From an uncultured Bacteroidota bacterium (GTDB taxonomy: Bacteria; CLD3; SB21; JBBIRG01), in the NCBI GenBank assembly GCA_964609675.1, contig CAZSRX010000016.1, forward strand, positions 1,659 to 65,658: 64,000 nt of DNA, read 5' to 3'. Every line of letters begins with the position of its first letter. Within the stretch, counting starts at the first letter, position 1. The notes beneath the pieces were generated by a model. It was not told the origin of the DNA. It did no database searches and saw only the letters and a program-made list of their open reading frames with translations. Both the position numbers and the translations under genes were made by a program. Positions 1-11,919 of this stretch are shown in pieces.

Positions 1-8
1 GTTATGAA

Positions 9-959
9 GTGATAACTAAAGACGGGCCTTGCTGGGCGGAGGTTACGGGAAAATTCCGTTACAGGGCCGATGCGTCCGCGGATTATCCGGCCGTAGGTGA
101 CTGGGTGGCCATTCAGTATTACCCCGATGATGCCTTTGCGTTGATTCACGCCGTGCTGCCGAGGCGAAGCCGTATATCCAGAAAAATGGCGGGCGATAAT
201 ACCGACGAACAGGTTCTGGCGGCCAACATCGATAAAATATTCATCGTATCCGGCCTGGACCAGGATTTCAATATACGAAGAATCGAAAGATATCGGACTC
301 TCGCGGCGGATAGCGGCGCTAAACCCTACATTTTGCTGAATAAAGCCGACCTGTGTACGGATGCGGAAGCTAATGCGCACGCGATACGTGCGGTGTGTCC
401 GAACGTGCCGGTGCTGGTAATATCGGCGATTCATCAAAAAGGCGTCGAATCGATTCTGAAGATAATCGGTTCCGGTGAAACCGCGGTGTTGCTGGGTTCA
501 TCAGGGGTCGGTAAATCGACGATTATTAATGCGCTATTGGATGATGATCGCCAGAAGGTGCAGACCGTCAGCGGGTATATGGATAAAGGAAGACACACTA
601 CCGTTCGGCGGGAGTTGTTTGTAATGCCCGGCGGGGGGCTGCTCATTGACTCTCCGGGACTGCGCGAACTGCAACTGTGGAACGTTGAGGAAAATCTGGC
701 CGTTGCGTTTGAGGATATTGCCGCGCTGGCGGTTCATTGCCGCTACCGGGACTGCAGCCATGTTCAGGAACCGGGATGCGCCGTCCGTCAAGCCATTCAT
801 GACGGCATCCTGGACAAACAACGGTTTAACAATTACCTGAAGCTGCTGCGTGAAATAAAATTTCTGGCCTTGCGGCAGAATGAAGGCGCCGCCCGTGCTG
901 AGCGGTTGCGCTGGAAGTCAATTAAAGCCGCGCACAAACGAAGTAAAAAAAATAATTGA
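9..959 (+). CDS. rsgA: Ribosome small-subunit-dependent GTPase A (RsgA/YjeQ); reading frame is open to the window edge, so the N-terminus may lie upstream of the window
   Basis: Walker A GSSGVGKST. C-terminal zinc-knuckle CRYRDCSHVQEPGCAV. N-terminal OB-fold-like segment. GTG start at 9 with the frame open upstream. Confidence 0.8.
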   Translation: MITKDGPCWAEVTGKFRYRADASADYPAVGDWVAIQYYPDDAFALIHAVLPRRSRISRKMAGDNTDEQVLAANIDKIFIVSGLDQDFNIRRIERYRTLAADSGAKPYILLNKADLCTDAEANAHAIRAVCPNVPVLVISAIHQKGVESILKIIGSGETAVLLGSSGVGKSTIINALLDDDRQKVQTVSGYMDKGRHTTVRRELFVMPGGGLLIDSPGLRELQLWNVEENLAVAFEDIAALAVHCRYRDCSHVQEPGCAVRQAIHDGILDKQRFNNYLKLLREIKFLALRQNEGAARAERLRWKSIKAAHKRSKKNN

Positions 960-1011
960 AAGCGTTTTAAAAATCTAACCGATGGGGCGTTTTTGCACCA
1001 TCCGGAATTTT

Positions 1012-2064
1012 TCAGCAAATCCGCGGCAATTGTTCGCCGCTTGGCATGTCTAATACGCGCTGAGAACCGATGAAGTTTTTTATCGTCACGATGGGATGTT
1101 TTTGATCGTTAACGCGCCCGATGATACCGGCGTCTTTTCCGAGCGGATGCCGGCGCATCTGTTCCAGCGCCTGTTCCGCATGCGAGGACGGGACAAACGC
1201 CACCATGCGGCCTTCGTTGGCGATGAACATCGGGTCAAAGCCGAGTATTTCGCATACGCCGCGCACATCTTCGCGCACGGGGATAGAGGGCTCGTCTACT
1301 GAAATTTGAAATCCTGATGATTCCGCCAGTTCAATCAGCACGCTGCCTACCCCGCCGCGGGTGGCGTCGCGCAGGCAATGAACGGGTATATGATTATCCA
1401 GCAGCGCCTGCACCAGTCCCGAAAGCGGCGCTGTGTCGCTTAGAATTTCCGATTCAAACGCCAGCGATTCCCTGACGGACAGAATGGCCAGCCCGTGCCG
1501 CGCGATATCGCCGTTCAGGATGATCACGTCGCCCGGCCGGATGTTTTTCGGGGAAATACTGACTCCTTCCGGTATCACGCCAACGCCGGCGGTATTGATG
1601 TATAGGCCGTCGCCTTTGCCTTTTTCAACGACCTTGGTGTCGCCCGTAACGATCCGTACGCCGCTTTCCTGCGCGCTGTGCTGCATCGCGGTTACCACAT
1701 CCCACAGCGTGTCCACCGATAATCCTTCCTCGAGAATAAATCCCGCTGACAGGAACAGCGGCCGCGCACCGCACATAGCCAGATCGTTTACCGTGCCATG
1801 AACCGCCAGGTGGCCAATATTGCCTCCGGGGAAGAAAAGCGGCCGCACGACATACGAATCGGTTGTAAAGGCGATGCGGTTCGCGGGAAGGTCTAACAGC
1901 GCGCCGTCATGCTGTAATTCCAGATCCGGATTGCGGAACGCGGTCACAAACAATTTTTGTATCAGCTGATGCATCAGTTTGCCGCCGCCGCCGTGCGCGA
2001 GCAGAATATGCGGATACTGGTCTTTCGGAATCGGGCACGACCAGGTCAGGGGATTATGGTTCAT
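1012..2064 (-). CDS. hypE: Hydrogenase maturation carbamoyl dehydratase HypE (AIR-synthase-related fold)
   Basis: Near-collinear similarity to E. coli HypE ([40 protein letters not shown]). Diagnostic C-terminal PRIC cysteine motif. The ORF track extends to 2130, which would overlap pdxT by 47 nt; the internal ATG at 2064 sits 19 nt downstream of the pdxT stop and is preferred. Confidence 0.8.
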   Translation of the reverse strand: MNHNPLTWSCPIPKDQYPHILLAHGGGGKLMHQLIQKLFVTAFRNPDLELQHDGALLDLPANRIAFTTDSYVVRPLFFPGGNIGHLAVHGTVNDLAMCGARPLFLSAGFILEEGLSVDTLWDVVTAMQHSAQESGVRIVTGDTKVVEKGKGDGLYINTAGVGVIPEGVSISPKNIRPGDVIILNGDIARHGLAILSVRESLAFESEILSDTAPLSGLVQALLDNHIPVHCLRDATRGGVGSVLIELAESSGFQISVDEPSIPVREDVRGVCEILGFDPMFIANEGRMVAFVPSSHAEQALEQMRRHPLGKDAGIIGRVNDQKHPIVTIKNFIGSQRVLDMPSGEQLPRIC

Positions 2065-2083
2065 AAAGGCTTTCGTTCCGGGG

Positions 2084-2662
2084 TTACCGGATGATATGAT
2101 GGACGAAATACGCGTGAATCCGCTCGTCATCCGTCAGTTCCGGATGGAAGGTCGTCACCAAAATACGTTCCGATTCGGCGGCGAGAATGTGGTCCTCCAT
2201 TCTGGAAAGCACGCGGACATTATGGCCACAGGCGATGATTTTCGGCGCGCGTATATACACCGCATGATAGAGTACAGGTTCGGGAAGATGGACGGTGATA
2301 TCCTTCTCAAAACTGTCAATCTGCCGGCCGTAGCCGTTGCGGATGACCGTGATATCGATAAATCCGAAGCGGAATTGTTCACTATTCCGGATGTGTTTAG
2401 CCACGAGTATCGAGCCTGCGCAGGTTCCGAAAATTGCTCCGCCTTTTTCATAAAAGGCTTTAATGGGTTCGATAAGGTGGAACGCCTCCAGGAGCTTGAT
2501 CAACGTGGTACTCTCGCCTCCGGGAATAATCAATCCCTGAATCGGCGCCAACTGTTCGGGAAGCCGTATTTCGGTATGTGGAATGCCGATGCGGTCGAGA
2601 ATGTGTCCATGGGCCGCGAAGTCGCCCTGCAATGCGAGAATGCCGATGACCGGTTTGCTCAT
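2084..2662 (-). CDS. pdxT: Pyridoxal 5'-phosphate synthase glutaminase subunit PdxT
   Basis: Canonical N-terminus [24 protein letters not shown] and catalytic-Cys region FGTCAG. Lies immediately downstream of pdxS. Confidence 0.9.
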   Translation of the reverse strand: MSKPVIGILALQGDFAAHGHILDRIGIPHTEIRLPEQLAPIQGLIIPGGESTTLIKLLEAFHLIEPIKAFYEKGGAIFGTCAGSILVAKHIRNSEQFRFGFIDITVIRNGYGRQIDSFEKDITVHLPEPVLYHAVYIRAPKIIACGHNVRVLSRMEDHILAAESERILVTTFHPELTDDERIHAYFVHHIIR

Positions 2663-2675
2663 AAAAGCTTACCCA

Positions 2676-3599
2676 TTACCACCCGCGGTCGGCGAGTAGT
2701 TCAGACGGTTCCAGCGTTTTGATATCGATACCGACCATGGGTTCGCCGAGGCCTTTGGAGACTTCCGCGAGAATGGCGGGGTCCCGGAAATGCGTCACGG
2801 CTTTGACGATGGCCTCCGCGCGTTTGGCGGGATTGCCGGACTTGAAAATACCGGAGCCGACAAACACGGCTTCGGCGCCCAATTGCATGACCAGCGCCGC
2901 GTCGGCCGGAGTGGCTACGCCGCCGGCGGAAAAATTCGGTACGGGCAGTTTCCCGTTTTTGGCCACCCAGCGGACCCATTCATACGGTGCGCCGAGATTC
3001 TTGGCTTCGGTCATGAGTTCGTCGGCGCCCATGGTAGTCAGTTTGCGTATATGCCCGACAATCGCGCGGATATGGCGTACGGCTTCCACCACGTTGCCGG
3101 TACCGGCCTCGCCCTTCGTGCGGATCATCGCCGCGCCTTCGCCGATGCGCCGCAGCGCCTCGCCTAAATTGGTGGCGCCGCAGACAAACGGAATTTTGAA
3201 GTCATGCTTGTAAATATGATGCGCCTCATCGGCGGGCGTGAGCACTTCGCTCTCGTCGATGAAATCCACGCCGAGCGATTCCAGAATCTGCGCTTCCACA
3301 AAGTGGCCGATGCGGGCTTTGGCCATCACGGGTATCGTTACCGCATTCATGATGTCCACGATCATTTCCGGATCGCTCATGCGGGCCACGCCGCCCTGTT
3401 TGCGGATATCGGCCGGCACACGTTCCAGCGCCATCACCGCGCAGGCGCCCGCGTCCTCGGCGATCTTGGCCTGCTCGGCGTTCACAACGTCCATAATCAC
3501 GCCGCCCTTGAGCATTTCCGCCAGCCCGACTTTTACCTTGAACGTGCCGGTCAGTATTTCATCCTGACGGCCGTTGTCTGTTTTGCTATTGGTTCCCAT
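2676..3599 (-). CDS. pdxS: Pyridoxal 5'-phosphate synthase lyase subunit PdxS
   Basis: Motifs [25 protein letters not shown] and the (beta/alpha)8 SOR/SNZ family pattern. The ORF track starts at an alternative TTG (3614); the first ATG is at 3599. Confidence 0.9.
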   Translation of the reverse strand: MGTNSKTDNGRQDEILTGTFKVKVGLAEMLKGGVIMDVVNAEQAKIAEDAGACAVMALERVPADIRKQGGVARMSDPEMIVDIMNAVTIPVMAKARIGHFVEAQILESLGVDFIDESEVLTPADEAHHIYKHDFKIPFVCGATNLGEALRRIGEGAAMIRTKGEAGTGNVVEAVRHIRAIVGHIRKLTTMGADELMTEAKNLGAPYEWVRWVAKNGKLPVPNFSAGGVATPADAALVMQLGAEAVFVGSGIFKSGNPAKRAEAIVKAVTHFRDPAILAEVSKGLGEPMVGIDIKTLEPSELLADRGW

Positions 3600-3671
3600 G
3601 GTTTTACCTTTCAAGCTTCTAGCCTTAAAGTATATAAAAAATTTTAATTATTTGCAATATGCACCGTGGTA

Positions 3672-4595
3672 TTAGATGGAGTCGGATTTCTTGATCAACT
3701 TCCGGAACATCCTTCCCATTTCCGTTGGGCTGACAGTGATGAAGTACACGCCGGTAAGAATCATGGCGCTGCCGGCCAACGTACGCGGGCCGATGTATTC
3801 ATTCAGGAACAGCCATCCGAAAATCAGCGCGACAAGGGGCGTCATCAGCGGAATCACCGACGCTTCCATCGGCGTGACTTTCTTGATTACCCACATGTAC
3901 AATCCAAACGCGATGGCCGATCCCACAATGCCCAGATACAGAATCGCCGCGGCGCCGACGGCTGAAAATTCAATGCGGTCCCAGGGCTCAGAAACGACGC
4001 TGACCATCGACAGGAGCAGACCGGCCACGAGCATCTGCACGGCCGTGTTATTCAGCGCGGGAATACGCTCTGCATGTACCTTGACATATACCGCCATATA
4101 CGATGAAACCAGCGCGCTCAGCACCAGCGCGACATAACCCATCAAATACGTTTCCGTAGCCATGAACTGCGGATCGTATATCACTATCATTCCGAGAAAG
4201 CTGAGTATCAGACCGATGCCATGCGCCGCAAACACCGGCTGCTCTTTATACATGAATACGCTCAGGATGAGTATGAATGCCGGCATGGTGGCGAAAAGTA
4301 CCGCGCTGATGCCCGAATCGATAAACTGTTCCGCCCAGAACACCAGACCATAAATGACGCTTTGCTGCAGACCGATAAAAATCATGGTGCGAATGCTTTT
4401 ACGGTCGGAGGGGAATGGACTTCCGCGAAAACGGATGACGGCGTACAGAAACAGAAACGCCGTGAGAAACCGCACTCCCGCGCAGAAAAAGGGCGGGTAC
4501 GCTTCGATGCCTAGTTTAATACCCAGCCAGGTCGATCCCCAGATAAACGAAAGGATGAGAATGACCAGAGTCGGCATATATTTTTTTTCGCGCAT
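3672..4595 (-). CDS. EamA/DMT-family (drug/metabolite transporter) permease, 10 predicted TM helices
   Basis: Two tandem 5-TM hydrophobic halves typical of the DMT superfamily. The ORF track extends to 4661 from a TTG; the in-frame ATG at 4595 (MREKKYMPTLV...) immediately precedes TM1. Confidence 0.7.
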   Translation of the reverse strand: MREKKYMPTLVILILSFIWGSTWLGIKLGIEAYPPFFCAGVRFLTAFLFLYAVIRFRGSPFPSDRKSIRTMIFIGLQQSVIYGLVFWAEQFIDSGISAVLFATMPAFILILSVFMYKEQPVFAAHGIGLILSFLGMIVIYDPQFMATETYLMGYVALVLSALVSSYMAVYVKVHAERIPALNNTAVQMLVAGLLLSMVSVVSEPWDRIEFSAVGAAAILYLGIVGSAIAFGLYMWVIKKVTPMEASVIPLMTPLVALIFGWLFLNEYIGPRTLAGSAMILTGVYFITVSPTEMGRMFRKLIKKSDSI

Positions 4596-5367
4596 AAAAA
4601 TCCCTCTCCGCGGGTTCATCGCCGAGAGGGGGTAAATATAATCTTTCAAAGCAAAAATCAAACAATTATTATATTAACCGTTATCACCGCTTCGCGTCTG
4701 AAAATGTTTTTTATATATGCGGCGAGGAACGGCGTATCGCCAATGGCAAACGACTCAATGATTAAGGCATCAAACCGACGTTAGATAAGGATGCCGGGAT
4801 CATTAATCTTTTATTTAAAAACGATAAACGTAAAGGGTATGTATAAAAAAATTTTGATGATGATTTCATAAAAAGTTTTTCAGGGAGGGGAGAACATTAA
4901 GCGCCGGAGAGCCAAGGGCAAATCTGCACAGCGATCGGTTCCGCCTGTACGTAAGCTTCACTCAAGTAATTGATCTTCACAAAAAATCGTTGACGGTGTT
5001 GGTATAGAGTCTAAATATTTTCCGGTTCTTTCCAGGTCTGCCATGCGTTTTCGTGCGTCGGACCGTCGGCGTTGGTAGTCGGCGGCGGGTATTATGCTGG
5101 AAGGGCGGTTGTATACGTTTAGGGTGAATGCCTTATCCCGATAGACTACGTACTGACAAACGGTATCCAAAATAAAGGCATGTTTTTCGGCGCAGAGAAT
5201 CAGTCCGGTCAGTTTTCGCCTTAGACAAAAAGTTTTACATTGATGCGTACGGCACGGATATCCAATTTAACCTGTTTATCGCGTGCGGCTTTAATCGTTT
5301 AATGCGTTTTACGCTACCGGCCGGCGTGAGTACCTCACGGGCGGAATCGGCTGAACGTTTGAGGCAT

Positions 5368-5403
5368 GCGTAAAAAAGCCGTGTTTTCCGGACGGCTTTT
5401 TAA
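5368..5403 (-). terminator. Rho-independent terminator downstream of msrB
   Basis: Inverted repeat AAAAGCCGT/ACGGCTTTT with flanking A- and T-tracts, 85 nt after the msrB stop. Symmetric, so it could act on either strand. Confidence 0.5.
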
Positions 5404-5487
5404 GGTTCAGTTAGACCAATCCGGGCTGCGCGGGTTACGGCGGACCGGTATGAGGTTTTTTTGGTGAACGTGTTGATACGGGAGGGA

Positions 5488-5979
5488 TTATTTTTTCCTG
5501 AAATCCAGCGCCGCTGAGTTGATGCAATACCGGCGGCCGGTGGGTTTGGGTCCGTCGTCAAATACATGACCCAGATGGCCGCCGCATCGGGAGCAGAGAA
5601 CTTCCGTGCGAATCATACCATAGGACGTATCTTCTTTTTCTTCGATGCAGGTTGCGTCATAGGGCTGAAAAAAACTCGGCCATCCGGAACCGGAATTGTA
5701 TTTGGCGTCGGATTTAAAGAGCGGTTGCCCGCACGCGGCACAGTGATAAACGCCCGCCTCGTGGTGGTCATAATATTTCCCCGTGAAAGGCGCTTCGGTA
5801 CCTTTTTCCCGCATAATGCAATAAGTCCCCTTAGGAAGGATTTTTTTCCATTCGTCGTTGTCTTTGATCAGTTTCGTTTCCATCGTCGAGTCTCCGTGAG
5901 ATTGGTTTGTTTCATTCTGTGCCCGGCAGGAAGGTACAGGGATCGGAATAAGTATAAGAAGTATTATCAAGAGCTTCAT
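5488..5979 (-). CDS. msrB: Peptide-methionine (R)-S-oxide reductase MsrB with an N-terminal signal/lipoprotein peptide
   Basis: MsrB core including both CxxC zinc pairs (HCAACG..., CSRCGGHLGHVFDDGP) and GWPSF. The ORF track's 239-aa frame is an upstream extension; a start at ATG 5979 (MKLLIILLILIPIPVPSC...) gives a signal peptide ahead of the catalytic domain. Confidence 0.85.
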   Translation of the reverse strand: MKLLIILLILIPIPVPSCRAQNETNQSHGDSTMETKLIKDNDEWKKILPKGTYCIMREKGTEAPFTGKYYDHHEAGVYHCAACGQPLFKSDAKYNSGSGWPSFFQPYDATCIEEKEDTSYGMIRTEVLCSRCGGHLGHVFDDGPKPTGRRYCINSAALDFRKK

Positions 5980-7016
5980 AAAATCTTTCGTTCTGTCATG
6001 AAAAAAACGAACGACATTTGTAAATATTCCGGGACAGGTATATTTGTTTAACGGCCTAATCGGGATTCGTAAAAAGCGGGATGAATTATGTCTACAAACG
6101 AAAAATTCCAATAAAAAAAATTGCGGCAAGCGAGGATGGGGAGTCTCACATGCCGCGTTGCTTAGATACACACAACACACAAGGGGAAGCTTTTTTAAAC
6201 TGATCAATTAGTAGACAAATTATGAGCCAAAAAAATTTAAGATTAAATTTTTTTTAAACTCTTAATTTTTAATATATAGTCACAACCTATACATAACCCC
6301 AAAAGAAAATGTGTTAATTATTATTTACAAAAATGTAATATTTAATTTACACCAAATCCAAAATAGCAATATTTACTTCGTATAGGAACTAGTACTCATG
6401 CGAGCATTTTTTTGTTAAAACTTATAAATTTAAAAATGATAACGGTTGTTATGTTACATAACCGTTTTGAGAGAAAACCGTTTATAATTTATTTAATATC
6501 GAATATCCGAGGTTATCGGATACTTAATTTTATTCAACTTCCTCCGTTTCAGAGTCCAAACCATCGCTATTTCCTACGGCTATCCATATAATTACCGTTT
6601 GGGCTCTTTAGTAGTTTAAGCGGAAATTTCTTTACTCCCGGAGGATTCAAGAACGGAATTTTCACAGGCGGTTGACGGAAAAGTCAAAAGCATGCTCCGT
6701 GCAAACCGGGTCAGTACGTGCTTCTTTTTTTTCTTTCTGGTCTAATTTGTTATGGTTAAAAGAATTTCAGAAATTGTTTATGTCAACAATCGTGTCGTTT
6801 TGTAAATATTTATTATGTATAAACTTATAAAAGAAATTAATTTTTAAGGTCAAAATTTTGCTCTTCAGAAGTCCAAAAGGACAAATGATTGACCGGCTTT
6901 TTGAGCCTTTTTTGGGGGTTTATAAAAATATAGTTGTAATATCTTGTTTTAGGTATTATATTTAGCTGTTTTAATATCATTTAAGAATACTCATCAGGAA
7001 ATTCGGAGAAAGAATT

Positions 7017-8228
<1,212 letters not shown>

Positions 8229-8276
8229 AGGAATTTTTTCCGCCGCCCAGGGTTGAATTTTATAAACGAGGTTATC

Positions 8277-9395
8277 ATGCATACAGGTAAAAACAACGAA
8301 ATGTCCAAAGCGCATCTGAATACCATCGAAGTGACCGAGGAACTGATACAGCAGTTGCCGAAGACCGATCTGCACTGCCACCTTGACGGCAGCTGCCGCG
8401 TGGAAACCCTGCTCGAACTCGCGCAGGAACAGAAAGTGCACCTGCCTTATAATGATTACGACAAACTGCGCGCACATCTCGAAGTCGGCGACAAGTGCAA
8501 GAATCTTGTGGACTATCTGAAGGGATTCGCGGTGACGCTGTCGGTGATGCAGGAACCCTACGCCATAGAGCGCGTGGCGTTTGAACTGGCCGAAGATGCC
8601 GCCAAGGAAAACGTCCGCTACCTTGAAGTTCGGTTTTCACCCATTCTGCATATCAACAAGGGCAAGCGCATGACGGAGATTCTCGATTCGGTTATTCGCG
8701 GCCTGATACGCGCGGAGGCGAAATACAACATCAAGACCGGCGTGATTATTTGCGGCATGCGGAACATCAGTCCCGAAACCTCGCTGCGGCTGGCCGAACT
8801 GACCGTGGCCTACAAAAACAAGAAAGTCATGGGATTTGACCTGGCCGGGCAGGAGGACAGTTATCCGGCCAAGGAGCATCAGGAAGCCTTCGCGCTGATC
8901 CTGAAAAACAACATCAACACCACAGCGCATGCCGGCGAAGCGTACGGACCGAACAGCGTCAAACAGGCCATTCACGACTGCGGCGCGCACCGGATTGGCC
9001 ACGGCACGCGGCTCATCGAGGACGGCGATCTGCTGAATTACGTCAACGACCACCGCATCCCTCTGGAAATCTGTCTCTCGAGCAACGTGCAGACCAAAGC
9101 CGTGAAGGATTATATTTCCCACCCGCTCCGGATTTATTACGATTTCGGCCTGCGCGTGACGCTCAACACCGACAACCGGCTCATGTCGGCGACCACGGTA
9201 TCGAAAGAAATTTATCTGGCGGCCAAGACGTTCAAATTCACCTTTGACGATATCTGCAACATTATTATCAACGGTTTTAAGAGCACCTTTCTGCCATACC
9301 GCGACCGCGTCGTGCTGCTGAATCAGGCCCTGGCCGAACTCCATCACTTCGGATTTGGTTCGAATTATATGGATACCAAAGCCGCCTCCACATAA
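8277..9395 (+). CDS. add: Adenosine/adenine deaminase family metallohydrolase
   Basis: HCHLDGS metal-binding motif, HAGE motif and C-terminal TLNTDN motif of the adenosine deaminase family. The ORF track starts at TTG 8253; the first ATG is at 8277. Confidence 0.8.
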   Translation: MHTGKNNEMSKAHLNTIEVTEELIQQLPKTDLHCHLDGSCRVETLLELAQEQKVHLPYNDYDKLRAHLEVGDKCKNLVDYLKGFAVTLSVMQEPYAIERVAFELAEDAAKENVRYLEVRFSPILHINKGKRMTEILDSVIRGLIRAEAKYNIKTGVIICGMRNISPETSLRLAELTVAYKNKKVMGFDLAGQEDSYPAKEHQEAFALILKNNINTTAHAGEAYGPNSVKQAIHDCGAHRIGHGTRLIEDGDLLNYVNDHRIPLEICLSSNVQTKAVKDYISHPLRIYYDFGLRVTLNTDNRLMSATTVSKEIYLAAKTFKFTFDDICNIIINGFKSTFLPYRDRVVLLNQALAELHHFGFGSNYMDTKAAST

Positions 9396-9425
9396 ACCGG
9401 CTGGCCCGATACCTTCGCATGGTTT

Positions 9426-10376
9426 TTGAACTTCGTGCAGCCGGCAACGCAACCGCTCGGGCTCTACCCTCGTGAAAGCGCCGTGAATTACCTTCTGGAA
9501 CAATTTCTCGATTATCTGGCCATTGAGAAAAATCTGTCGGCAAACACCATCGATTCCTACCGGCTCGATATCCGCCGATACCTGCAGTTTGCGGAACACC
9601 AACGGCAACGCGCGTCGGTGGAGGACATTACGGATCAAGACATTTCCGCTTTCGTGCATCTGCTGGACGAACTGGGACTGGCGGCGCGGAGCGTGGCGCG
9701 CAATCTATCCGCGATACGCACGTTCCACAAATTCCTGATGAACGAAGAAATCACGGATCATGATCCAACCGCATTGGTCGAGTTGCCGAAACTGCCCAAG
9801 GCCCTGCCGCCGGTGCTGGAGGTCCACGAAGTGGAGTTAATTCTGGAACAGCCCGATACGCTGCAGTATTTGGGCCTACGCGACCGCGCCATGCTGGAAC
9901 TGCTTTACGCCTGCGGCCTCAGGATATCCGAACTGCTCGGACTAACGCAGAACCAGTTCCAGCCGGAGTCGGGATTCATCCGCGTGATGGGGAAAGGGTC
10001 CAAGGAACGCTTAGTGCCGGTGGGAAAAATCGCCATCGACTGGGTGGTGAGGTATCAGGAAAAAGTCCGGCCGAAATTCGTCCAAGCCGACGCGGCGAAC
10101 GATATTTTATTTCTGAATGCGCAGGGTAAGAAGATGAGCCGGATGGGATTCTGGAAGATTCTGAGAAAATACGTCACGCAGGCCGGTATCGAAAAGGCCA
10201 TCACGCCGCATACGTTCCGGCATTCCTTCGCCACGCATCTGCTCGAAGGCGGCGCCGACCTCCGCGTCGTTCAGGAATTGCTGGGCCATTCCGACATCGC
10301 TACCACGCAGATTTATACCCATATTGACCGCGAATACCTCAAAGAAGTGCATCACACCTATCATCCGCGGAAGTAA
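9426..10376 (+). CDS. xerD: Tyrosine site-specific recombinase of the XerC/XerD type
   Basis: N-terminal SAM-like core-binding domain ([29 protein letters not shown]). Catalytic-domain motifs [38 protein letters not shown]... with a HHTYHPRK terminus resembling XerD. The XerC-versus-XerD assignment is tentative. Confidence 0.75.
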   Translation: MNFVQPATQPLGLYPRESAVNYLLEQFLDYLAIEKNLSANTIDSYRLDIRRYLQFAEHQRQRASVEDITDQDISAFVHLLDELGLAARSVARNLSAIRTFHKFLMNEEITDHDPTALVELPKLPKALPPVLEVHEVELILEQPDTLQYLGLRDRAMLELLYACGLRISELLGLTQNQFQPESGFIRVMGKGSKERLVPVGKIAIDWVVRYQEKVRPKFVQADAANDILFLNAQGKKMSRMGFWKILRKYVTQAGIEKAITPHTFRHSFATHLLEGGADLRVVQELLGHSDIATTQIYTHIDREYLKEVHHTYHPRK

Positions 10377-10617
10377 AAAACCGCTGTCAATCCCTGATGC
10401 GGCAGAACCGAAATGCATACGGTACCACGGATAACCGCATGGACCCAGCGGATATTTAATTTGACAGCAACGGGCGTTTTATGTTTTTGCGGTAAATGGA
10501 TCCAATCTCAAACCGTAGATGGTAATGGATAGCGCCTAACGGTATCTTGTTGACGAAAAGGCGTCACCGAGCGTCGGGTCTATAAAAATACATGGCCGCA
10601 TCCCTTAGGGATTTGTT

Positions 10618-11148
10618 TTAATCCATAATCAACTGATCTTCGATTCTTTCATCGAACACCGAAAATCCGTTTTGGATATAATTTCGCAGCGCATTGGGAT
10701 GGTCGCGGTCATTCGTATGCAGCCACAACCGTCGCGGATTGCATGTCCATGCCTGCCGGATGGTCCACTTCAGGAAGTAACTGCCTAAACCCCGACCGCG
10801 GAACTCCGGCATCAATCCGAAGTATTTGATTTCAATAGACGGACTTTCACGGCCGTCCAGTTCCACGAAACCGGCAGGAACGCCGCGGGCGTAGAGTACG
10901 TAAATGGATACCATTTCATGGCCGATAATATCCATGAGTTCCTTGTCCGTCAGCGCTTTGCGGTCTGCCCAGCCCACATCATGGCCAACCGCATGATACA
11001 GATAGCGGTAGAAGCTCACCGTTATGGCTTCGGCGCGCATGACGGTAATACCCGGAGGATCGGACAAATCGATCATCGGCGCGCTTTTCATTTCCAGATA
11101 CGTTACGCGGGTCTTGACCGTTGCAGGTGTTGAATGCATGACAGACAA
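10618..11148 (-). CDS. GNAT-family N-acetyltransferase
   Basis: Acetyl-CoA-binding motif region FRGRGLGSYFLKWTI, about 170 aa. The start is TTG at 11148 or ATG at 11139. Confidence 0.7.
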   Translation of the reverse strand: MSVMHSTPATVKTRVTYLEMKSAPMIDLSDPPGITVMRAEAITVSFYRYLYHAVGHDVGWADRKALTDKELMDIIGHEMVSIYVLYARGVPAGFVELDGRESPSIEIKYFGLMPEFRGRGLGSYFLKWTIRQAWTCNPRRLWLHTNDRDHPNALRNYIQNGFSVFDERIEDQLIMD

Positions 11149-11228
11149 TGTTTTTTCGGTTAAATTTTAGCCGTTGGATAACAGCGTTCAGCGATAATAC
11201 CGTTTTGAGTCTGCATTATGTTCTTGTC

Positions 11229-11795
11229 TTATTTTAGAAAATCTCTGATATACATTTCTACCGTGCGGACCTCCGGAATCCCTAGAAAACCTACTTTACG
11301 GCTGATGGTGTTTTTATCGGAATCGGTTGTGAATTCGGTACGGAAATACAGATGGCCGCTGCCGTCGGCTTTTTCCACCCGTTCGATATTTTTTATTTCT
11401 GCGGGACCGTAGGCGGTTACTTTTTTAGTGCTGCCGCTCAAATCGATGATCAACGCGCGACGATCGGTAACGGCATACAGCGTCATTCCCGCTTTTCTGG
11501 CTTTCAGGATCGGTGATGCCAGAAGATAAATACCAATAGCGACGAATGGTAATCCGAAGAGCGGGAATACAAAACGAAAAAGGCCCTCCGTGTCGGATGT
11601 AATCCAGAAAGACATGGCCGTCCATCCGACGGAAAACAGCGTCCAGGGTATTCCAAATAAGAATAGCGGCAGCGCTTCTTTCGAAAATTCCTGGGGCGCA
11701 GGCTGTCCATACCAAACGGCATGTTCGCCATGCAACAATTCGCCGTTTACGATGGTCTGCATTTCAAAAGGGTCCATACATGCCTCCGATTCCAT
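11229..11795 (-). CDS. Hypothetical membrane protein with two TM helices and a bPH/YdbS-like fold
   Basis: ORF of 188 aa with two adjacent hydrophobic helices followed by a soluble beta-rich domain. No motif is recognisable. An alternative ATG lies at 11777. Confidence 0.45.
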   Translation of the reverse strand: MESEACMDPFEMQTIVNGELLHGEHAVWYGQPAPQEFSKEALPLFLFGIPWTLFSVGWTAMSFWITSDTEGLFRFVFPLFGLPFVAIGIYLLASPILKARKAGMTLYAVTDRRALIIDLSGSTKKVTAYGPAEIKNIERVEKADGSGHLYFRTEFTTDSDKNTISRKVGFLGIPEVRTVEMYIRDFLK

Positions 11796-11919
11796 CAGGT
11801 GATATTTTATTCTTTGGCGGTTGCACCGGGTGTTGTTTCGCGAACGGGGTCATAAAATACTTATTGATTTCAACATTCGGCCTTATTAAGTTTCGCCAAC
11901 AAAAAATAAAGAAAAAAAA

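Noticed and set aside
1012-2130. Assigning the AIR-synthase-fold protein to ThiL, SelD or PurM
   Set aside because: It is collinear with E. coli HypE throughout and ends with the diagnostic PRIC motif.
5980-6207. ORF-track extension of msrB to 239 aa, adding an N-terminal segment (MISLKKLPLVCCVYL...)
   Set aside because: The extension runs into the AT-rich intergenic island and has no similarity to MsrB. The ATG at 5979 gives a signal peptide directly preceding the catalytic domain.
8637-9659. 340-aa minus-strand ORF antisense to the adenosine deaminase and xerD genes. Other long antisense ORFs of the same kind include 7389..8093, 12493..13230, 18431..19288, 20659..21498, 23850..24749, 27338..28192, 34915..36060, 40056..41720, 42217..43134 and 46687..47355.
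   Set aside because: They overlap confidently identified genes on the opposite strand. Their products are Arg/Gly/His-rich with no recognisable motifs, typical of shadow ORFs in GC-rich coding DNA.
9426-10376. The tyrosine recombinase considered as a prophage or integrative-element integrase marking a mobile island
   Set aside because: It has the XerC/D-type N-terminal core-binding domain and C-terminal HPR tail. There is no adjacent tRNA, direct repeats, or phage, excisionase or transposase genes. The surrounding genes are housekeeping.
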